Notes: generated from the sequence alone by a model not told the origin. Positions 8,439 to 18,389 are shown, numbered from the stretch's first letter. The stretch is 64,000 nt of DNA from an uncultured Gemmatimonas sp. (GCA_964649225.1 CAZYPO010000001.1:27202-91201); one strand, 5' to 3'. Program-made: numbers and translations.

Positions 8439-9239
8439 TCAGGGACGGAGGTTCTTCAGGCGGTCTCGGGCGAGGTCGGCGTCGTCGGAGGTGGGATAGT
8501 CCCGGATGAGACGATCGTAGTAGGTTCGCGCCGCGGCAGGATTGCGGCGCGCTTCCTCGAGACGGCCGAGGCGATACAGCGCCGTAGGGGCTCTCGGCGA
8601 GGTCCGGAAGCGCGCGATCACCTGGGTGTAGTACGCGACCGCCGAATCGGGAGCTTCGCTCGCGAAGGTCTCTCCGACATAGAAGAGCACATCCGGGACA
8701 CGGGGGTCGGCGGGATAAGTCTTGAGCAGCTCCTGGTACGCCATGCGCGCAGTGGCCAGCGCATTCCGCCCGTGCTGGTCGCGCGCACTACGGTACATCT
8801 GGTCCGCGGTCGGGACCGCCGGGCCCTGGGTTACCCGCGAGGCGCTATCGCCCGGCGTGACCGGCCGGGCCGGCCCACCTGCCTCGGCCTGTTCCGCGCG
8901 CTGATCGATCTGGGCCTTGAGCTGGGTGAGCCGCAGCTGGCTCTGACCCGTCAGCTCCTGCACCTGCAGGAGCTGCCGTTGCAAGTCCGTCATATCGCCC
9001 TGCAGGCGCACGTCGAGGTTCTTGAGCGCCTCGCGGCCGGCGGCTACCGAATCCAGGATGCGCTGCTGCAGGGTGATGATCGCGACCAGTGCTGAGGCCC
9101 GCACCGAGTCACGCCGGGCAGTCTCGATCCGCATCGAGCGCAGCTCGCCCTGGAGCAGGACGACTTGCCCCTTGGTGGCGCAGGCCGGCAGCGCGGCGAG
9201 AACCGCAAGCGCGATTCCCCCCGCGCCCTTCCGGGTCAT
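8439..9239 (-). CDS. cpoB: Tol-Pal system protein CpoB/YbgF
   Basis: Track ORF trimmed to ATG 9239 (MTRKGAGGIALAVLAALPACATKG, signal-like). The N-half is coiled-coil. C-terminal TPRs include 'YPADPRVPDVLFYVGETF' and 'YPTSDDADLARDRLKNL'. ATGA overlap with the pal stop; canonical position after pal. Confidence 0.8.
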   Translation of the reverse strand: MTRKGAGGIALAVLAALPACATKGQVVLLQGELRSMRIETARRDSVRASALVAIITLQQRILDSVAAGREALKNLDVRLQGDMTDLQRQLLQVQELTGQSQLRLTQLKAQIDQRAEQAEAGGPARPVTPGDSASRVTQGPAVPTADQMYRSARDQHGRNALATARMAYQELLKTYPADPRVPDVLFYVGETFASEAPDSAVAYYTQVIARFRTSPRAPTALYRLGRLEEARRNPAAARTYYDRLIRDYPTSDDADLARDRLKNLRP

Positions 9240-9793
9240 CGGGGCGAAACCAGCCGGTCGCCGCCAGCAAGAATCTCGAACTCGTCGCGGCGGTTCTTGG
9301 CCCACGCGGTTTCGTTCTCCGCCGGGTCCACGGGCCGCTCCTCGCCGAAGGAGGTCACGTCGATCCGGCTGCCGTCGATCCCCTTGCTCTCCAGGTACCG
9401 CTTGGCGGCCAGGGCGCGCTTGTTGCCCAGCACCAGGTTGTACTCATCGGAGCCGCGATCGTCGGCGTGCCCGCTGATCCGGATACGGAGCGCGGGGTTG
9501 GCCTTCATGATCTCGGCCTTGGCGTCGAGCACGGGCCGGTCTTCGGGCTTGATGGCATCCTGGTCGTAATCGAAGTGGATGACGTTGCCGAGCTCCGCGG
9601 TCAGCCGGGCGTGCGTCGCGGCCGCTGCCTCGCCCGTCGCGGCGGGTGGGGGTGGCGGCGGCATGGGGCCCGGCGGCGGTGACGGATTCGAGGTCCCGGT
9701 CGGAATAGGAGCCACTTCGGGCTTGGCCTTGTGGCAGCCCGCAACGGTCAGCGCCAAGAGAGCGAGCGGCAGCAAGTCGTGTGGTCGGCGCAT
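9236..9793 (-). CDS. pal: peptidoglycan-associated lipoprotein Pal (OmpA family)
   Basis: Lipobox 'LTVAGC', a Pro-rich linker, and an OmpA-like domain 'IRISGHADDRGSDEYNLVLGNKRALAAKRYL'. Confidence 0.92.
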   Translation of the reverse strand: MRRPHDLLPLALLALTVAGCHKAKPEVAPIPTGTSNPSPPPGPMPPPPPPAATGEAAAATHARLTAELGNVIHFDYDQDAIKPEDRPVLDAKAEIMKANPALRIRISGHADDRGSDEYNLVLGNKRALAAKRYLESKGIDGSRIDVTSFGEERPVDPAENETAWAKNRRDEFEILAGGDRLVSPR

Positions 9794-9820
9794 GGATCCA
9801 CCCCGCGAGATTGAGGGTTG

Positions 9821-11164
9821 CTATTGCGAACGCACCAGCCGCCTGGACCAGGCCGGCAGCCGGGCACTGAATGGTGTCATGAGCTGCCGGGACCGGTTGG
9901 TTTCCGTGTCCAGCACGAACAGTTGGCGCCGCCCGGTCCGGTCGGAAATGAACACCAGATGCCGCCCATCCGGAGCCCAGCTCGGATCTTCGTTGCGGCC
10001 GAGCGAAGTCAGTTGCTTGGCTCGATGGCCAGCCAGGTCGAAGATCCAGATTTGCGGCGCCCCGCGCACCTCCCGGTGGAATACGATGGTCGTCCCATCG
10101 GGTGACCACTCCGGCGCATTCGAGTTCCCGGTTTCTCCGTAATCGAACGGGACCAGCAGCTCCTGATCGGTGCCGTCGGCGGACATGGAATAGATCTGCT
10201 GGCCGCCCGCGCGCGTCGAGACAAAGACGACCCGCCTTCCGTCCGGAGAATAGGCAGGCGAGAAGTTTTCTGCAAACCGTCCGCCGGTCAGTCGTTCGAC
10301 GCAGCAAAGGTCCTGTACATTCACGACATAGAGCGCCACCCCGGCGTCGGACATCTGGGCGAAAAGCAGGTTCCGACCGTCGGGTGAAAACGCCGGTGTA
10401 ATGTTTTGGGTCGTCGATTTGAGGGGCAACAGGGTGCGGGTTCCGCTCCCGAGCGTCTGGAGGACAATCGGCTTGGTGCCGTCCTTGGACAGCTGAGAGT
10501 AGGCGATCCTTCCGCCGTCGGGAGCCCACACCGGCGACAGGGCCGCGATGCCGGCGGGAGTGACCGGCGCGAGCGCGGCTCCATCGCTATCCACCCGCCA
10601 GATCCGCTTGTCCTCGTTGTTGAGAAACAGAATCCGCGTGGCCGCACTACCGGCCTGCCCCGTCGCCAGCCGCACGATCTCGTCCGAGAGCCCGTGCACC
10701 GCCATCCTGCTCTCCCCGATCCCGCTCCGCTCGAGCGGGAGGATGACCTCGCCCCGGACCTTTTCCGCGGCCAGATCGTACAGGCGCATCCTGATGAAGG
10801 CGCCCGTGGCCGGGGAGAGCTCCACCGCAAGGCTGGCGCCCAGCGTCCGGTAGAACGCGTAGTTGAGCGTCTGCGCGCCGGGAGTAGTGCCACCCGCCGG
10901 GGGCTGGGTGAGCGCGATCACTTCGAACCGGTCGCTGAAATCGAGATCGCGGGCCACGATGGCCTGGAGGGAATCGAGCCCGGGCGCCGGTAGCACCACC
11001 AGGCCAGGCCGGACGCCGGGCTGATAGGTGATCCCAACCCGCACGGTATCCTGAGCGCATAGCGGTTTCGCGAGAAAAAACAGGACGCAGACGATCGCCG
11101 GGGCCGGCGATCTTGCCGACCGCCCGACCGCCCGTCCGCCCGTCCGCCCCATCCGCCCCGTCAC
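9821..11164 (-). CDS. tolB: Tol-Pal system beta-propeller protein TolB
   Basis: Repeated 'SPDG' propeller blades ('PVWAPDGGRIAYS','PAFSPDGRNLLFA','PAYSPDGRRVVFVS','PEWSPDGTTIVF','PSWAPDGRHLVFIS'). The GTG start sits in a GTGA overlap with the upstream gene. An alternative ATG is at 11152. Confidence 0.93.
   Translation of the reverse strand: MTGRMGRTGGRAVGRSARSPAPAIVCVLFFLAKPLCAQDTVRVGITYQPGVRPGLVVLPAPGLDSLQAIVARDLDFSDRFEVIALTQPPAGGTTPGAQTLNYAFYRTLGASLAVELSPATGAFIRMRLYDLAAEKVRGEVILPLERSGIGESRMAVHGLSDEIVRLATGQAGSAATRILFLNNEDKRIWRVDSDGAALAPVTPAGIAALSPVWAPDGGRIAYSQLSKDGTKPIVLQTLGSGTRTLLPLKSTTQNITPAFSPDGRNLLFAQMSDAGVALYVVNVQDLCCVERLTGGRFAENFSPAYSPDGRRVVFVSTRAGGQQIYSMSADGTDQELLVPFDYGETGNSNAPEWSPDGTTIVFHREVRGAPQIWIFDLAGHRAKQLTSLGRNEDPSWAPDGRHLVFISDRTGRRQLFVLDTETNRSRQLMTPFSARLPAWSRRLVRSQ
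11121..11160 (-). repeat. 8-nt tandem repeat / G-quadruplex-type motif covering the tolB initiation region
   Basis: Minus strand reads CGGGGCGGATGGGGCGGACGGGCGGACGGGCGGTCGGGCG. It has five G3-4 runs separated by 5-nt loops (CGGAT/CGGAC/CGGAC/CGGTC) and encodes ..GRMGRTGGRAVGRS.. Confidence 0.8.
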
Positions 11165-11766
11165 GGCGCCCGCCTAGGCGTAAACACGAAGCTGATTTGC
11201 AGATAGTCGGCCGGATACCCGGAAGGCAGCTGCCCGAAGGCCTTCTGGGCCGCGGCCGACTCGATCGCGCCGCGCGCCTCCAAATCGAACGAGTAGCTCC
11301 GCGAAGAGCTCACGATGTTGATGTCCTTTACGGTGCCATCCCGCAGAATCACGAAGCCAACCTCCGTGGTGAGGGCGGCATTGCCGATCGGACGATTCCA
11401 GCGGCGGTAAATCTGCGCGACCAGGTTCCTCAGGTACTCGGGATACGGAAACTGCTTGCCCGCGAGGTTTACGTTGGCGATGTCCGAGCCCGTGCCTGGT
11501 GTCTCGCCGGGGAGCGGTGTGACCGGAGTTGCCGTCTTCCGCACCGCGGCGCTCTTTGCCGGTGTCGAGCTCTTGACCGGCGCCGGCTTCGGTTTGGCCT
11601 TGGGCACCGGCGGGGTAACGGGATTCGACCGCGCCTCCGCGACCGGCCGCGAAGCCCCGGTGCTGACCGGTGCCGCGACCAGCTCGACCGCGTAGGCCGG
11701 TGGGAACACCTTGGGCGTATTCGCCACCGACAAGAGCAGGGCGAGCAGGGCACCGAAGTGAATCAC
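11161..11766 (-). CDS. tolA: TolA/TonB-family energy-transducer occupying the TolA position
   Basis: N-terminal TM segment 'FGALLALLLSVA', a Pro/Ala/Lys-rich linker, and a TonB_C-like C-domain 'VGFVILRDGTVKDINIVSSSRSYSFDLEARGAIESAA'. It lies between tolR and tolB. At 201 aa it is short for a TolA. Confidence 0.7.
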   Translation of the reverse strand: MIHFGALLALLLSVANTPKVFPPAYAVELVAAPVSTGASRPVAEARSNPVTPPVPKAKPKPAPVKSSTPAKSAAVRKTATPVTPLPGETPGTGSDIANVNLAGKQFPYPEYLRNLVAQIYRRWNRPIGNAALTTEVGFVILRDGTVKDINIVSSSRSYSFDLEARGAIESAAAQKAFGQLPSGYPADYLQISFVFTPRRAP

Positions 11767-11825
11767 GATCGTCCCGGCCAGTCCGGCCAGTACGGCGCTC
11801 CTGGGCAGCCGATCGGCTCGAGCGG

Positions 11826-12263
11826 TCAGCGCGCCACCTCCTCATCTTCAGTGGTTACGTTCACTTTGAGGCTGAGACCGGAAGCCCGGATCGCGGCTAG
11901 CACACGAACGACATCGCCGTAGGAAGCACGGCGGTCACCTCTCACATAGACGTCGGAGGTTCGCTTGCGGGCCACAAGCGCGCGAAATGCGGCGCGAAAC
12001 TCTTCATAGCTGACGCGGGTCTGGTCCACCCAGATCTGCCCGCGGCGATCGACCGTCACGATGATGCCTTCGCTGGCCGCGAGCGGGCGCCCTTCCGCCT
12101 TGGGCAGCTCGACCGGCACGCCACCCTGCATCATGGGTGCGGTGATCATGAAAATGATGAGCAGGACGAACGCGACATCCACCAGCGAGGTCACGTTGAT
12201 GTCTGCGGTTGGCAGCAGCCGGCGCCGGCGGCCCAGTCCTCCACCCATGAGTCCGCCCGCCAT
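11826..12263 (-). CDS. tolR: biopolymer transport protein TolR/ExbD
   Basis: 'INVTSLVDVAFVLLIIFMITAP' TM segment followed by an ExbD periplasmic fold. Immediately follows tolQ. Confidence 0.88.
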   Translation of the reverse strand: MAGGLMGGGLGRRRRLLPTADINVTSLVDVAFVLLIIFMITAPMMQGGVPVELPKAEGRPLAASEGIIVTVDRRGQIWVDQTRVSYEEFRAAFRALVARKRTSDVYVRGDRRASYGDVVRVLAAIRASGLSLKVNVTTEDEEVAR

Positions 12264-12977
12264 CTAAAGCAGGCCCTCCCGGGCCATCCAACCCACCAGC
12301 CCATTGCCGAAGCCTTCGAGCTCCGATTCGAACTCCCCGACCTTCCCGGCGAAGTAGTTGTAGGCAATCAGCGCAGGAATCGCGGACGCCAGACCGGCGA
12401 CCGTGGTCACCAAGGCCTCCGCGACACCCGGTGCCACCGCGGCCAGGTTGCCTGAGCCGCCGGCGGAGATGCCGATGAAGGCATCCATGACCCCCAGCAC
12501 GGTGCCGAGCAGGCCGAGCAGGGGGCTGACCGCTCCGATCGTGGCGAGCCAGGTCACATAGGTGGCGGCCTTGTCGCGCTCCCCGGCCACTTCCTTCCCC
12601 AGCACCATTTTGAGGGCCTCCAGCTGCGAGGGCGAAAGCGCCCCGTGCCCACTCCCCCCCTCCCGCAGCACGTTGGGCTGCAGTTGGGTGTAGAAACTCA
12701 ATCCCTCTCGGAACAGCCGGTTGAATGGCGAGGGCGGCAGCTTCATCACCGAGCGGTAGGCCTCCTGCAAATGGGGCGAGCGCCCCAGCTCCTCGAGAAA
12801 CCGCGCCGATTGCAGGTGCAGCCGGCGGAAATGCCAGCCCTTGACCCCGATCAGAAACCAGGAGACGAGCGAGAACAGCATCGTGATGATGAGAACGACG
12901 ATGGTCTCGGGACTCGAGCTCAGCACAAGCTCCCAGGGAGTCGTCGGCGTCCGCGCTGCCGCTTGGAGGAGGATCAT
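12264..12977 (-). CDS. tolQ: MotA/TolQ/ExbB proton-channel protein TolQ
   Basis: Three TM helices and a conserved C-half 'LATIGAVSPLLGLLGTVLGVMDAF..IAPGVAEALVTTVAGL'. First gene of the tol string. Confidence 0.88.
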   Translation of the reverse strand: MILLQAAARTPTTPWELVLSSSPETIVVLIITMLFSLVSWFLIGVKGWHFRRLHLQSARFLEELGRSPHLQEAYRSVMKLPPSPFNRLFREGLSFYTQLQPNVLREGGSGHGALSPSQLEALKMVLGKEVAGERDKAATYVTWLATIGAVSPLLGLLGTVLGVMDAFIGISAGGSGNLAAVAPGVAEALVTTVAGLASAIPALIAYNYFAGKVGEFESELEGFGNGLVGWMAREGLL

Positions 12978-13005
12978 CGGAGAAAGATAGGGGCGTGACC
13001 GCCCC

Positions 13006-13057
13006 CGAAAAACGCCGCGCCCCGCAGCATCGGAAGCCGACGATGCGGGGCGCGGCG
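13006..13057 (-). terminator. rho-independent terminator downstream of the LysM gene
   Basis: Hairpin 13013-13057: 11 bp (cgccgcgcccc/ggggcgcggcg) plus a 3-nt bulge plus 6 bp (gcatcg/cgatgc), with an 8-nt loop. On the minus strand it is followed by TTTTT (13012-13008). Confidence 0.7.
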
Positions 13058-13076
13058 AATCACTCGCGAGACAGCG

Positions 13077-14252
13077 CTAGCCGGGCAGCTTGGCGACCAG
13101 CTTGACCCTGGTGCCGGGCGGAATGTCCGGCGACACGACGTTGCGCACCTTGACGGTGGCGGTGCGCTCGCTGACGTGGGTCACCTCAAGGGTGGCCATG
13201 ATTTCGTCGACTGCGTCCGCGGTAGCACGGCGCTGCGGACCAGGTGCGCGGCGGGCCTCGAAGCGGTCTCCCAGAGCAACGCCGTCACGCTTGCCGATGT
13301 CGAGGAAGAGTACCTGCTGGGGCAGTCGCAGCTCACGATGGTCCCGGGCGATGAGCACTCGGCCCTCGAGCCCGTTGCTGACCCCCTGGTACTGAACCTC
13401 GCCGGGGTCGGTGAACTTCTCGGCGGGCAGCACGGACTGGCCTTCGCGGATGGTACCGTACACGGCGACGACTTCTCCCACGGCCTGGGAGCCATTCATC
13501 TTGGTGATGCGAATCAGCCCGGTCGGTGCGAGGATCTGCCCGTAGCCGATGGGTCCTTCCCGCTGATCCACCACGACCAGCGTATCGCCCGCGGCGTAGC
13601 TTGCCCCTTCCGGCGGCGTCACCCCAACCAGCGTGAACGCCTGGACCGCGGCGCGCACCCGCCGGGTCACGATTTGCTCGGGGGTGACCGGGCCAAGCAG
13701 GGTTCCGAAGGGGAGCGGATTGTCTTCAGTGAGGAATCCACCCGAGAAGAATTCGCCCGCGCGCAGCGGATGGAACTTCACCGCGCGATAGGTCCGGAAC
13801 GCCTCGCGCACATTCGAGACGCCGTGACGACGGAAGAGCGCCATGCCCGGCTCTTCGCCTTCCTGGCCTTCGCCCGGTTCGACGCGGACCACGGCGGTCG
13901 GAGGCGTTGCTTCGGGCGGCGCAACTGGCATCGGCGCCGACTCCGCTTGCGGCGGGACCGCCGGGGGCGGAGTGTCTTGGCTGGGTACGGCGGTCTGCCC
14001 GGGTGCCGCGATGAGCTGCAACACTTCGCCGGGATAGATCCAGTGCGGATCCTCCACGACGCCGGTATTCAGCTTGTAGACCTGCGGCCAGAGGAACGGA
14101 TCGCCCAGGTAGGTGCGGGCGATGGCCCAGAGTGTGTCTCCACTCTTGACCGTGTGCGTGCTTGGCTTGCTGCCCTGCGCCGTGAGGGCAGCAGGGACGG
14201 CCAGCACCCACAGCGCGGTGAGACTAGAACGGCAGATCGTCATCCTCGGCAT
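13077..14252 (-). CDS. secreted LysM peptidoglycan-binding domain protein
   Basis: Signal peptide 'MTICRSSLTALWVLAVPAALTAQG'. LysM motif 'HTVKSGDTLWAIARTYLGDPFLWPQVYKLN'. A Pro-rich linker is followed by an unassigned C-domain. The start could be 14252 or 14243; either overlaps the ssb 3' end. Confidence 0.7.
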   Translation of the reverse strand: MPRMTICRSSLTALWVLAVPAALTAQGSKPSTHTVKSGDTLWAIARTYLGDPFLWPQVYKLNTGVVEDPHWIYPGEVLQLIAAPGQTAVPSQDTPPPAVPPQAESAPMPVAPPEATPPTAVVRVEPGEGQEGEEPGMALFRRHGVSNVREAFRTYRAVKFHPLRAGEFFSGGFLTEDNPLPFGTLLGPVTPEQIVTRRVRAAVQAFTLVGVTPPEGASYAAGDTLVVVDQREGPIGYGQILAPTGLIRITKMNGSQAVGEVVAVYGTIREGQSVLPAEKFTDPGEVQYQGVSNGLEGRVLIARDHRELRLPQQVLFLDIGKRDGVALGDRFEARRAPGPQRRATADAVDEIMATLEVTHVSERTATVKVRNVVSPDIPPGTRVKLVAKLPG

Positions 14253-14700
14253 CGAGTGCCTCCGGGAAATCTTCGAAGGACTCATCCTTGGCAGCGGACT
14301 TGGCTGCCGCTCCCGCGGCCGCTTTGGGCGCGGAGAACGCTTCGCCGCCGTCTCCTCTGCCGGACAAGAGAATCAACTCGCGGGCGATGATCTCCGTCGT
14401 GTACCGAGTCTGGCCCTCTTTGTCCTGCCAGCTCCGATACTCGATGCTGCCCTCGACGTAGACCTTATCGCCCTTCTTGCAATAGCGCTCGACGATGTCA
14501 GCAAGATTCGAGCCTTTGTTGTTCCAAAGTACAACACGATGCCACTCCGTCTTTTCCTGCTTGTCGCCGGAAGCGCCCTTCCACTGCCGGCTGGTAGCCA
14601 ATGAAAGGTTGGCGACTCGGCCGCCGTTGGCGATGCTGCGAACCTCGGGATCGGCGCCGAGGTTACCGATCAACTGTACGCGATTGAGACTCCGGCTCAT
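14224..14700 (-). CDS. ssb: single-stranded DNA-binding protein
   Basis: OB-fold N-terminus 'NRVQLIGNLGADPEVR..WHRVVLW', a Gly/Ala-rich tail, and the acidic tip 'DDDLPF'. A strong SD (GAGGAGGAA) lies upstream. Confidence 0.95.
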   Translation of the reverse strand: MSRSLNRVQLIGNLGADPEVRSIANGGRVANLSLATSRQWKGASGDKQEKTEWHRVVLWNNKGSNLADIVERYCKKGDKVYVEGSIEYRSWQDKEGQTRYTTEIIARELILLSGRGDGGEAFSAPKAAAGAAAKSAAKDESFEDFPEALDAEDDDLPF

Positions 14701-14796
14701 GGCTTCCTCCTCTTCTTCAGTAGAATCTGCGGGTCGGCCTGCGGGACCCGTCCACGGTATGGATCTGCTAAGTCGTTCGACAAACCAAAGATACGC

Positions 14797-15267
14797 TCAA
14801 GCACCCGAATCGCCGCATGGGCCGATCGTGGCGCGCAGCACCAGCGCGTCCTCCAGAGGGTCGCGATAGTAGCGGGGGCGCATTCCCACCGGCCGAAACC
14901 CATGGGCGCGATACAATTCGATGGCCGGCCGATTCGATTCACGCACCTCGAGATACATCTCCCGGACCCCGTCGCTCCGCAAAGCCTCCCGGAGGGCCGT
15001 GAGCAGCCTGCGGCCGATGCCGCGCCGGCGTTCCTCCGGTCGAACGGCCAGGTCCAGTATTTCGCCTTCTTCCCCGGAGATCCGAGCCATGATGTAGCCG
15101 AGAATCCGGTCCGAATTCTGGGCCACGAAAGTTCGTGCAGTTTCATATTGAATCGTCTCGCGAATCCCGGATGCGGTCCATGGATCGCTGAAGCAGGCAC
15201 GCTCGAGCTCAGCGAGCGCGGCGACGTCAGCGAGCGAGCCGGGGCGGATTCGACAGGACGCGTCCAT
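14797..15267 (-). CDS. rimI: ribosomal-protein-alanine N-acetyltransferase (GNAT)
   Basis: Trimmed to ATG 15267 (MDASCRIRPGSLADV..). GNAT acetyl-CoA motif 'VRPEERRRGIGRRLL'. Follows tsaE-tsaB, as in many genomes. Confidence 0.8.
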   Translation of the reverse strand: MDASCRIRPGSLADVAALAELERACFSDPWTASGIRETIQYETARTFVAQNSDRILGYIMARISGEEGEILDLAVRPEERRRGIGRRLLTALREALRSDGVREMYLEVRESNRPAIELYRAHGFRPVGMRPRYYRDPLEDALVLRATIGPCGDSGA

Positions 15268-15949
15268 GCAATGCCTCCCAGCGCGCCTGCGCTTCGGCGG
15301 GTCGGCCGTAGCGGGGCTCCCAGTCATCCAGCGCATTCACTTTCTCGGCCCCGCCGACAACCCCGAGCAGGGTGAGGAGGGCTCCCGCGTTCGGCAAGCT
15401 TGCGGCGCCGCGAATGATCGGTACCGCGAATTGATCCGCCAGCCGGTCCACCAGTTTTTCCGGCGCGTCGGCCACCAGCAGGTCCGGCGTCTCCCGGTGC
15501 AATGACTCGGGAGTGGCGAGCGCCGGCGCGGCGAGGGTTTCCACCGCGCGGGGAAGCTCCATGCGATAACAGGCCGCGTAGAGCTCGCCCCGCAACGCGG
15601 GGGTGACCACGAGCACACGGGCTCCGTGCGGCGCCGCGGCTCCCGCGGCGCGCACCAGCAGGGTGGACGCGGTCCACACCGAGAGCCCGGGCTGCGCTCG
15701 AGCCAGCGCCTTGGCGGCGGCGACGCCCACGCGTAACCCGGTAAAGCTGCCCGGTCCATCCGCCACGGCGAGTGCTTCGACGTCCCCCAAGCTGCCATCG
15801 AGCTCGGCCAGGACTTCGTCGATCACCCGAAACAGCCCGGCGGCGTGCTTCCGGGCACCCTCCAGGGTCCGTCCGACCGTCCGACCGTCCGCTCGTCTTC
15901 CCGCCACCGAGAGACGATCGGTGGTCGTGTCGAAGGCGAGGGCGATCAT
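15227..15949 (-). CDS. tsaB: tRNA t6A37 biosynthesis protein TsaB
   Basis: Trimmed to ATG 15949 ([16 protein letters not shown]..). Contains 'GPGSFTGLRVGVAAAKALA'. ATGA overlap with the tsaE stop (read directly). Confidence 0.85.
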   Translation of the reverse strand: MIALAFDTTTDRLSVAGRRADGRTVGRTLEGARKHAAGLFRVIDEVLAELDGSLGDVEALAVADGPGSFTGLRVGVAAAKALARAQPGLSVWTASTLLVRAAGAAAPHGARVLVVTPALRGELYAACYRMELPRAVETLAAPALATPESLHRETPDLLVADAPEKLVDRLADQFAVPIIRGAASLPNAGALLTLLGVVGGAEKVNALDDWEPRYGRPAEAQARWEALHGRVLSNPPRLAR

Positions 15950-16353
15950 CCGAGTTCCATGCGGCGCAGCGCCGGATTGGAAGTGTGCGCCAGGGTCACC
16001 CGGCGGGTGGGCCGGGGCGCCCACTCGCCGGCACGCTCCGGCCATTCGATCAGGAGCGCATCCCCTGAGGCCAGCGTTTCCCAGTCGAGATCGTGCGCTT
16101 CAGCGGGAGTGCGCAGCCGGTAGCAATCCACGTGGTAGACCGGCCCTCGTGAGCCATGATGGTGATGCACCAGGGCGTAGGTGGGACTCGTGGCCGGTGT
16201 GGTCACGCCCAGCCCGCGCACCAGGTACCGCACGAAGGTCGTCTTCCCCGCCCCGAGCTCGCCGGTGAGCCAGACCACCTCACCGGGCTCGAGGCTGCGC
16301 CCGAGCCGGAGCGCCGCGTCGCCGAGCGCCGCTTCGTCGAGCAGCGAGGTCAC
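15946..16353 (-). CDS. tsaE: tRNA t6A37 biosynthesis ATPase TsaE
   Basis: P-loop '[12 protein letters not shown]', plus '[10 protein letters not shown]' and 'HVDCYRL'. GTGA overlap with the uvrB stop. Confidence 0.9.
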   Translation of the reverse strand: MTSLLDEAALGDAALRLGRSLEPGEVVWLTGELGAGKTTFVRYLVRGLGVTTPATSPTYALVHHHHGSRGPVYHVDCYRLRTPAEAHDLDWETLASGDALLIEWPERAGEWAPRPTRRVTLAHTSNPALRRMELG

Positions 16354-18389
16354 GCGCGCCGGCGCGCATAGGCCGGTCCTGGACGCCGCACCTCGGGTGC
16401 ATCCAGCGCGCGCAGCTCGTTGAGCTGGTCGCGCAGCATGGCGGCGAGCTCGAACTCGAGGTTGGCCGCGGCCTGCTGCATCTGCTTCTGCAACGCAACC
16501 ATCGCCGCCGAACGCTGCGCCGGATCGTGCAGATCCGGCGGAATCGCGGAGCGGCGCAGCGGCTGGGGCCGCTCGGTGCGCGCGTCGGCGACGTGGGTGG
16601 AAAGCCGGACCTCAGCGGTGGACTTCACGATCGAGGTGGGTGTCGTCCCGTGCACCCGGTTGAACTCCGCTTGCAGGCGGCGGCGCCGGTCCATCTCGTC
16701 GAGCGCGCGCCGCATGGATCCGGTGATGCTGTCGGCGTAGAGAATGCCGAGGCCGTGCAGGTTGCGCGCGGCACGACCCACCGTTTGAATCAGCGCGCGG
16801 TCGGAGCGCAGGAAGCCTTCCTGGTCGGCGTCGAGGATGGCGACCAGGGAAACCTCCGGAAGGTCGAGCCCTTCCCGCAACAGGTTGATGCCGACCAGTA
16901 CGTCGAAGTCGCCCAGCCGCAGCCCGCGCAGGATTTCTACCCGCTCGATCGCGTCGATGTCCGAGTGCAGATAGCGGACCCGCACCCCGTGCTGTTGGAG
17001 GTAGTCGGTCAGGTCTTCCGACATCCGCTTGGTCAGCGTCGTCACCAGCACGCGCTCGCGCCGCTTCTCGCGCAGCCGAATCTCGTTGAGCAGGTCGTCC
17101 ACCTGGCCTTTGACCGGGCGGACCTGCACTTCGGGGTCCACCAGGTAGGTGGGCCGGATGATCTGTTCGACCACCGCGTCCTGCGAAAGCCTCAGCTCGT
17201 ACTCGCCGGGTGTCGCCGAGACGGCGATCATCCGCGGAACCAGTGCCAGGAACTCCTCGAAATGCAGTGGCCGATTGTCGAGGGCGGAAGGAAGCCGGAA
17301 GCCGTATTCCACCAGCGTCAGCTTGCGGGCGCGGTCGCCGTTGAACATGCCGCCGATCTGGGGGAGCGACGCGTGAGATTCGTCGACCACCACCAGGAAA
17401 TCCGCGGGGTAATAGTCGAACAGGCAGGCCGGCCGCTCGCCCTCCGCCCGTCCGGTGAGATGGCGCGAGTAGTTCTCGATGCCCGGGCAGGTCCCGATCT
17501 CGAGCAGCATTTCCAGGTCGAACTGGGTGCGCGACTCCAGCCGCTGGGCCTCGAGCAGCTTCCCGGCGGTCTTGAGCTCCGCCAGCCGCCCGGCCAGCTC
17601 GGCGCGGATCAGCTTGACCGCGCGCTCGATCTTGGGGCGATCGGTGACGAAATGCTTGGCGGGATACACCGCGCATTGCTCCAGCCGCGCAATGGTCTCT
17701 CCCGAGGTGGGATGAATCTTGGAGATGCGCTCGACCTGGTCGCCCCAGAGCTCGATCCGCACCGCCTGCTCCTCGTAGGCGGGATAGATCTCCAGCGTAT
17801 CGCCCCGCACCCGAAAGCTGCCCGGCTCGAACGAGATATCGTTGCGGTGATACTGGATCGCGACCAGATCCTGGAGGAGACGGTCGCGGCCGGGAGATTC
17901 GCCGACCCGCAGCGAGAACATGAGACTGCGATAGGTCGCCGGATCGCCCAGACCGTAGATCGCGCTCACCGTGGCCACGATCACCACGTCGTCGCGCTCC
18001 ATCAGGCTGGAGGTGGCGCGCAGCCGGAGCGCCTCGATATCCTCGTTGATCGAGGCATCCTTCTCGATGTAGACGTCGGTCGAGGGGACGTACGCCTCGG
18101 GCTGGTAATAGTCGTAGTAGGAGACGAAGTATTCGACGGCGTTGCCGGGAAGGAATTGCTTCAGCTCGCCGTAGAGCTGCGCCGCGAGCGTCTTGTTATG
18201 GGAGAGCACCAGCGTCGGCCGCCCGTGCGCCGCGATCACGTGGGCCAGGGTCATGGTCTTGCCGGACCCGGTGACGCCCAGCAGGGTCTGATAGCGCCGG
18301 TCCTGCTCCAGTCCTCGAGTCAGCTGCTCGATGGCGCGGGGCTGGTCCCCGGCGGGGCTGAAGGGCGCGACGACCTCGAACTTCGGCAT
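16350..18389 (-). CDS. uvrB: excinuclease ABC subunit B
   Basis: 679 aa. Contains '[10 protein letters not shown]', 'DESH', helicase motifs, and the C-terminal UVR motif '[17 protein letters not shown]'. Confidence 0.97.
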   Translation of the reverse strand: MPKFEVVAPFSPAGDQPRAIEQLTRGLEQDRRYQTLLGVTGSGKTMTLAHVIAAHGRPTLVLSHNKTLAAQLYGELKQFLPGNAVEYFVSYYDYYQPEAYVPSTDVYIEKDASINEDIEALRLRATSSLMERDDVVIVATVSAIYGLGDPATYRSLMFSLRVGESPGRDRLLQDLVAIQYHRNDISFEPGSFRVRGDTLEIYPAYEEQAVRIELWGDQVERISKIHPTSGETIARLEQCAVYPAKHFVTDRPKIERAVKLIRAELAGRLAELKTAGKLLEAQRLESRTQFDLEMLLEIGTCPGIENYSRHLTGRAEGERPACLFDYYPADFLVVVDESHASLPQIGGMFNGDRARKLTLVEYGFRLPSALDNRPLHFEEFLALVPRMIAVSATPGEYELRLSQDAVVEQIIRPTYLVDPEVQVRPVKGQVDDLLNEIRLREKRRERVLVTTLTKRMSEDLTDYLQQHGVRVRYLHSDIDAIERVEILRGLRLGDFDVLVGINLLREGLDLPEVSLVAILDADQEGFLRSDRALIQTVGRAARNLHGLGILYADSITGSMRRALDEMDRRRRLQAEFNRVHGTTPTSIVKSTAEVRLSTHVADARTERPQPLRRSAIPPDLHDPAQRSAAMVALQKQMQQAAANLEFELAAMLRDQLNELRALDAPEVRRPGPAYARRRA

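Noticed and set aside
12978-13012. Possible leaderless tolQ promoter (TATCTT located 6 nt before the ATG at 12977).
   Set aside because: The best -35 at 17-nt spacing is TTTTTC, which is really the terminator U-tract, so support is too weak. It is kept only as a note because of the analogy to the mazE geometry.
15860-15895. 'gtccgaccgtccgaccgtcc' repeat inside tsaB, considered as a third copy of the G-rich intergenic motif.
   Set aside because: Similarity is only partial (GGACGGTC units). It lies inside a conserved CDS and codes for GRTVGRT. It is most simply codon-level slippage in GC-rich DNA.
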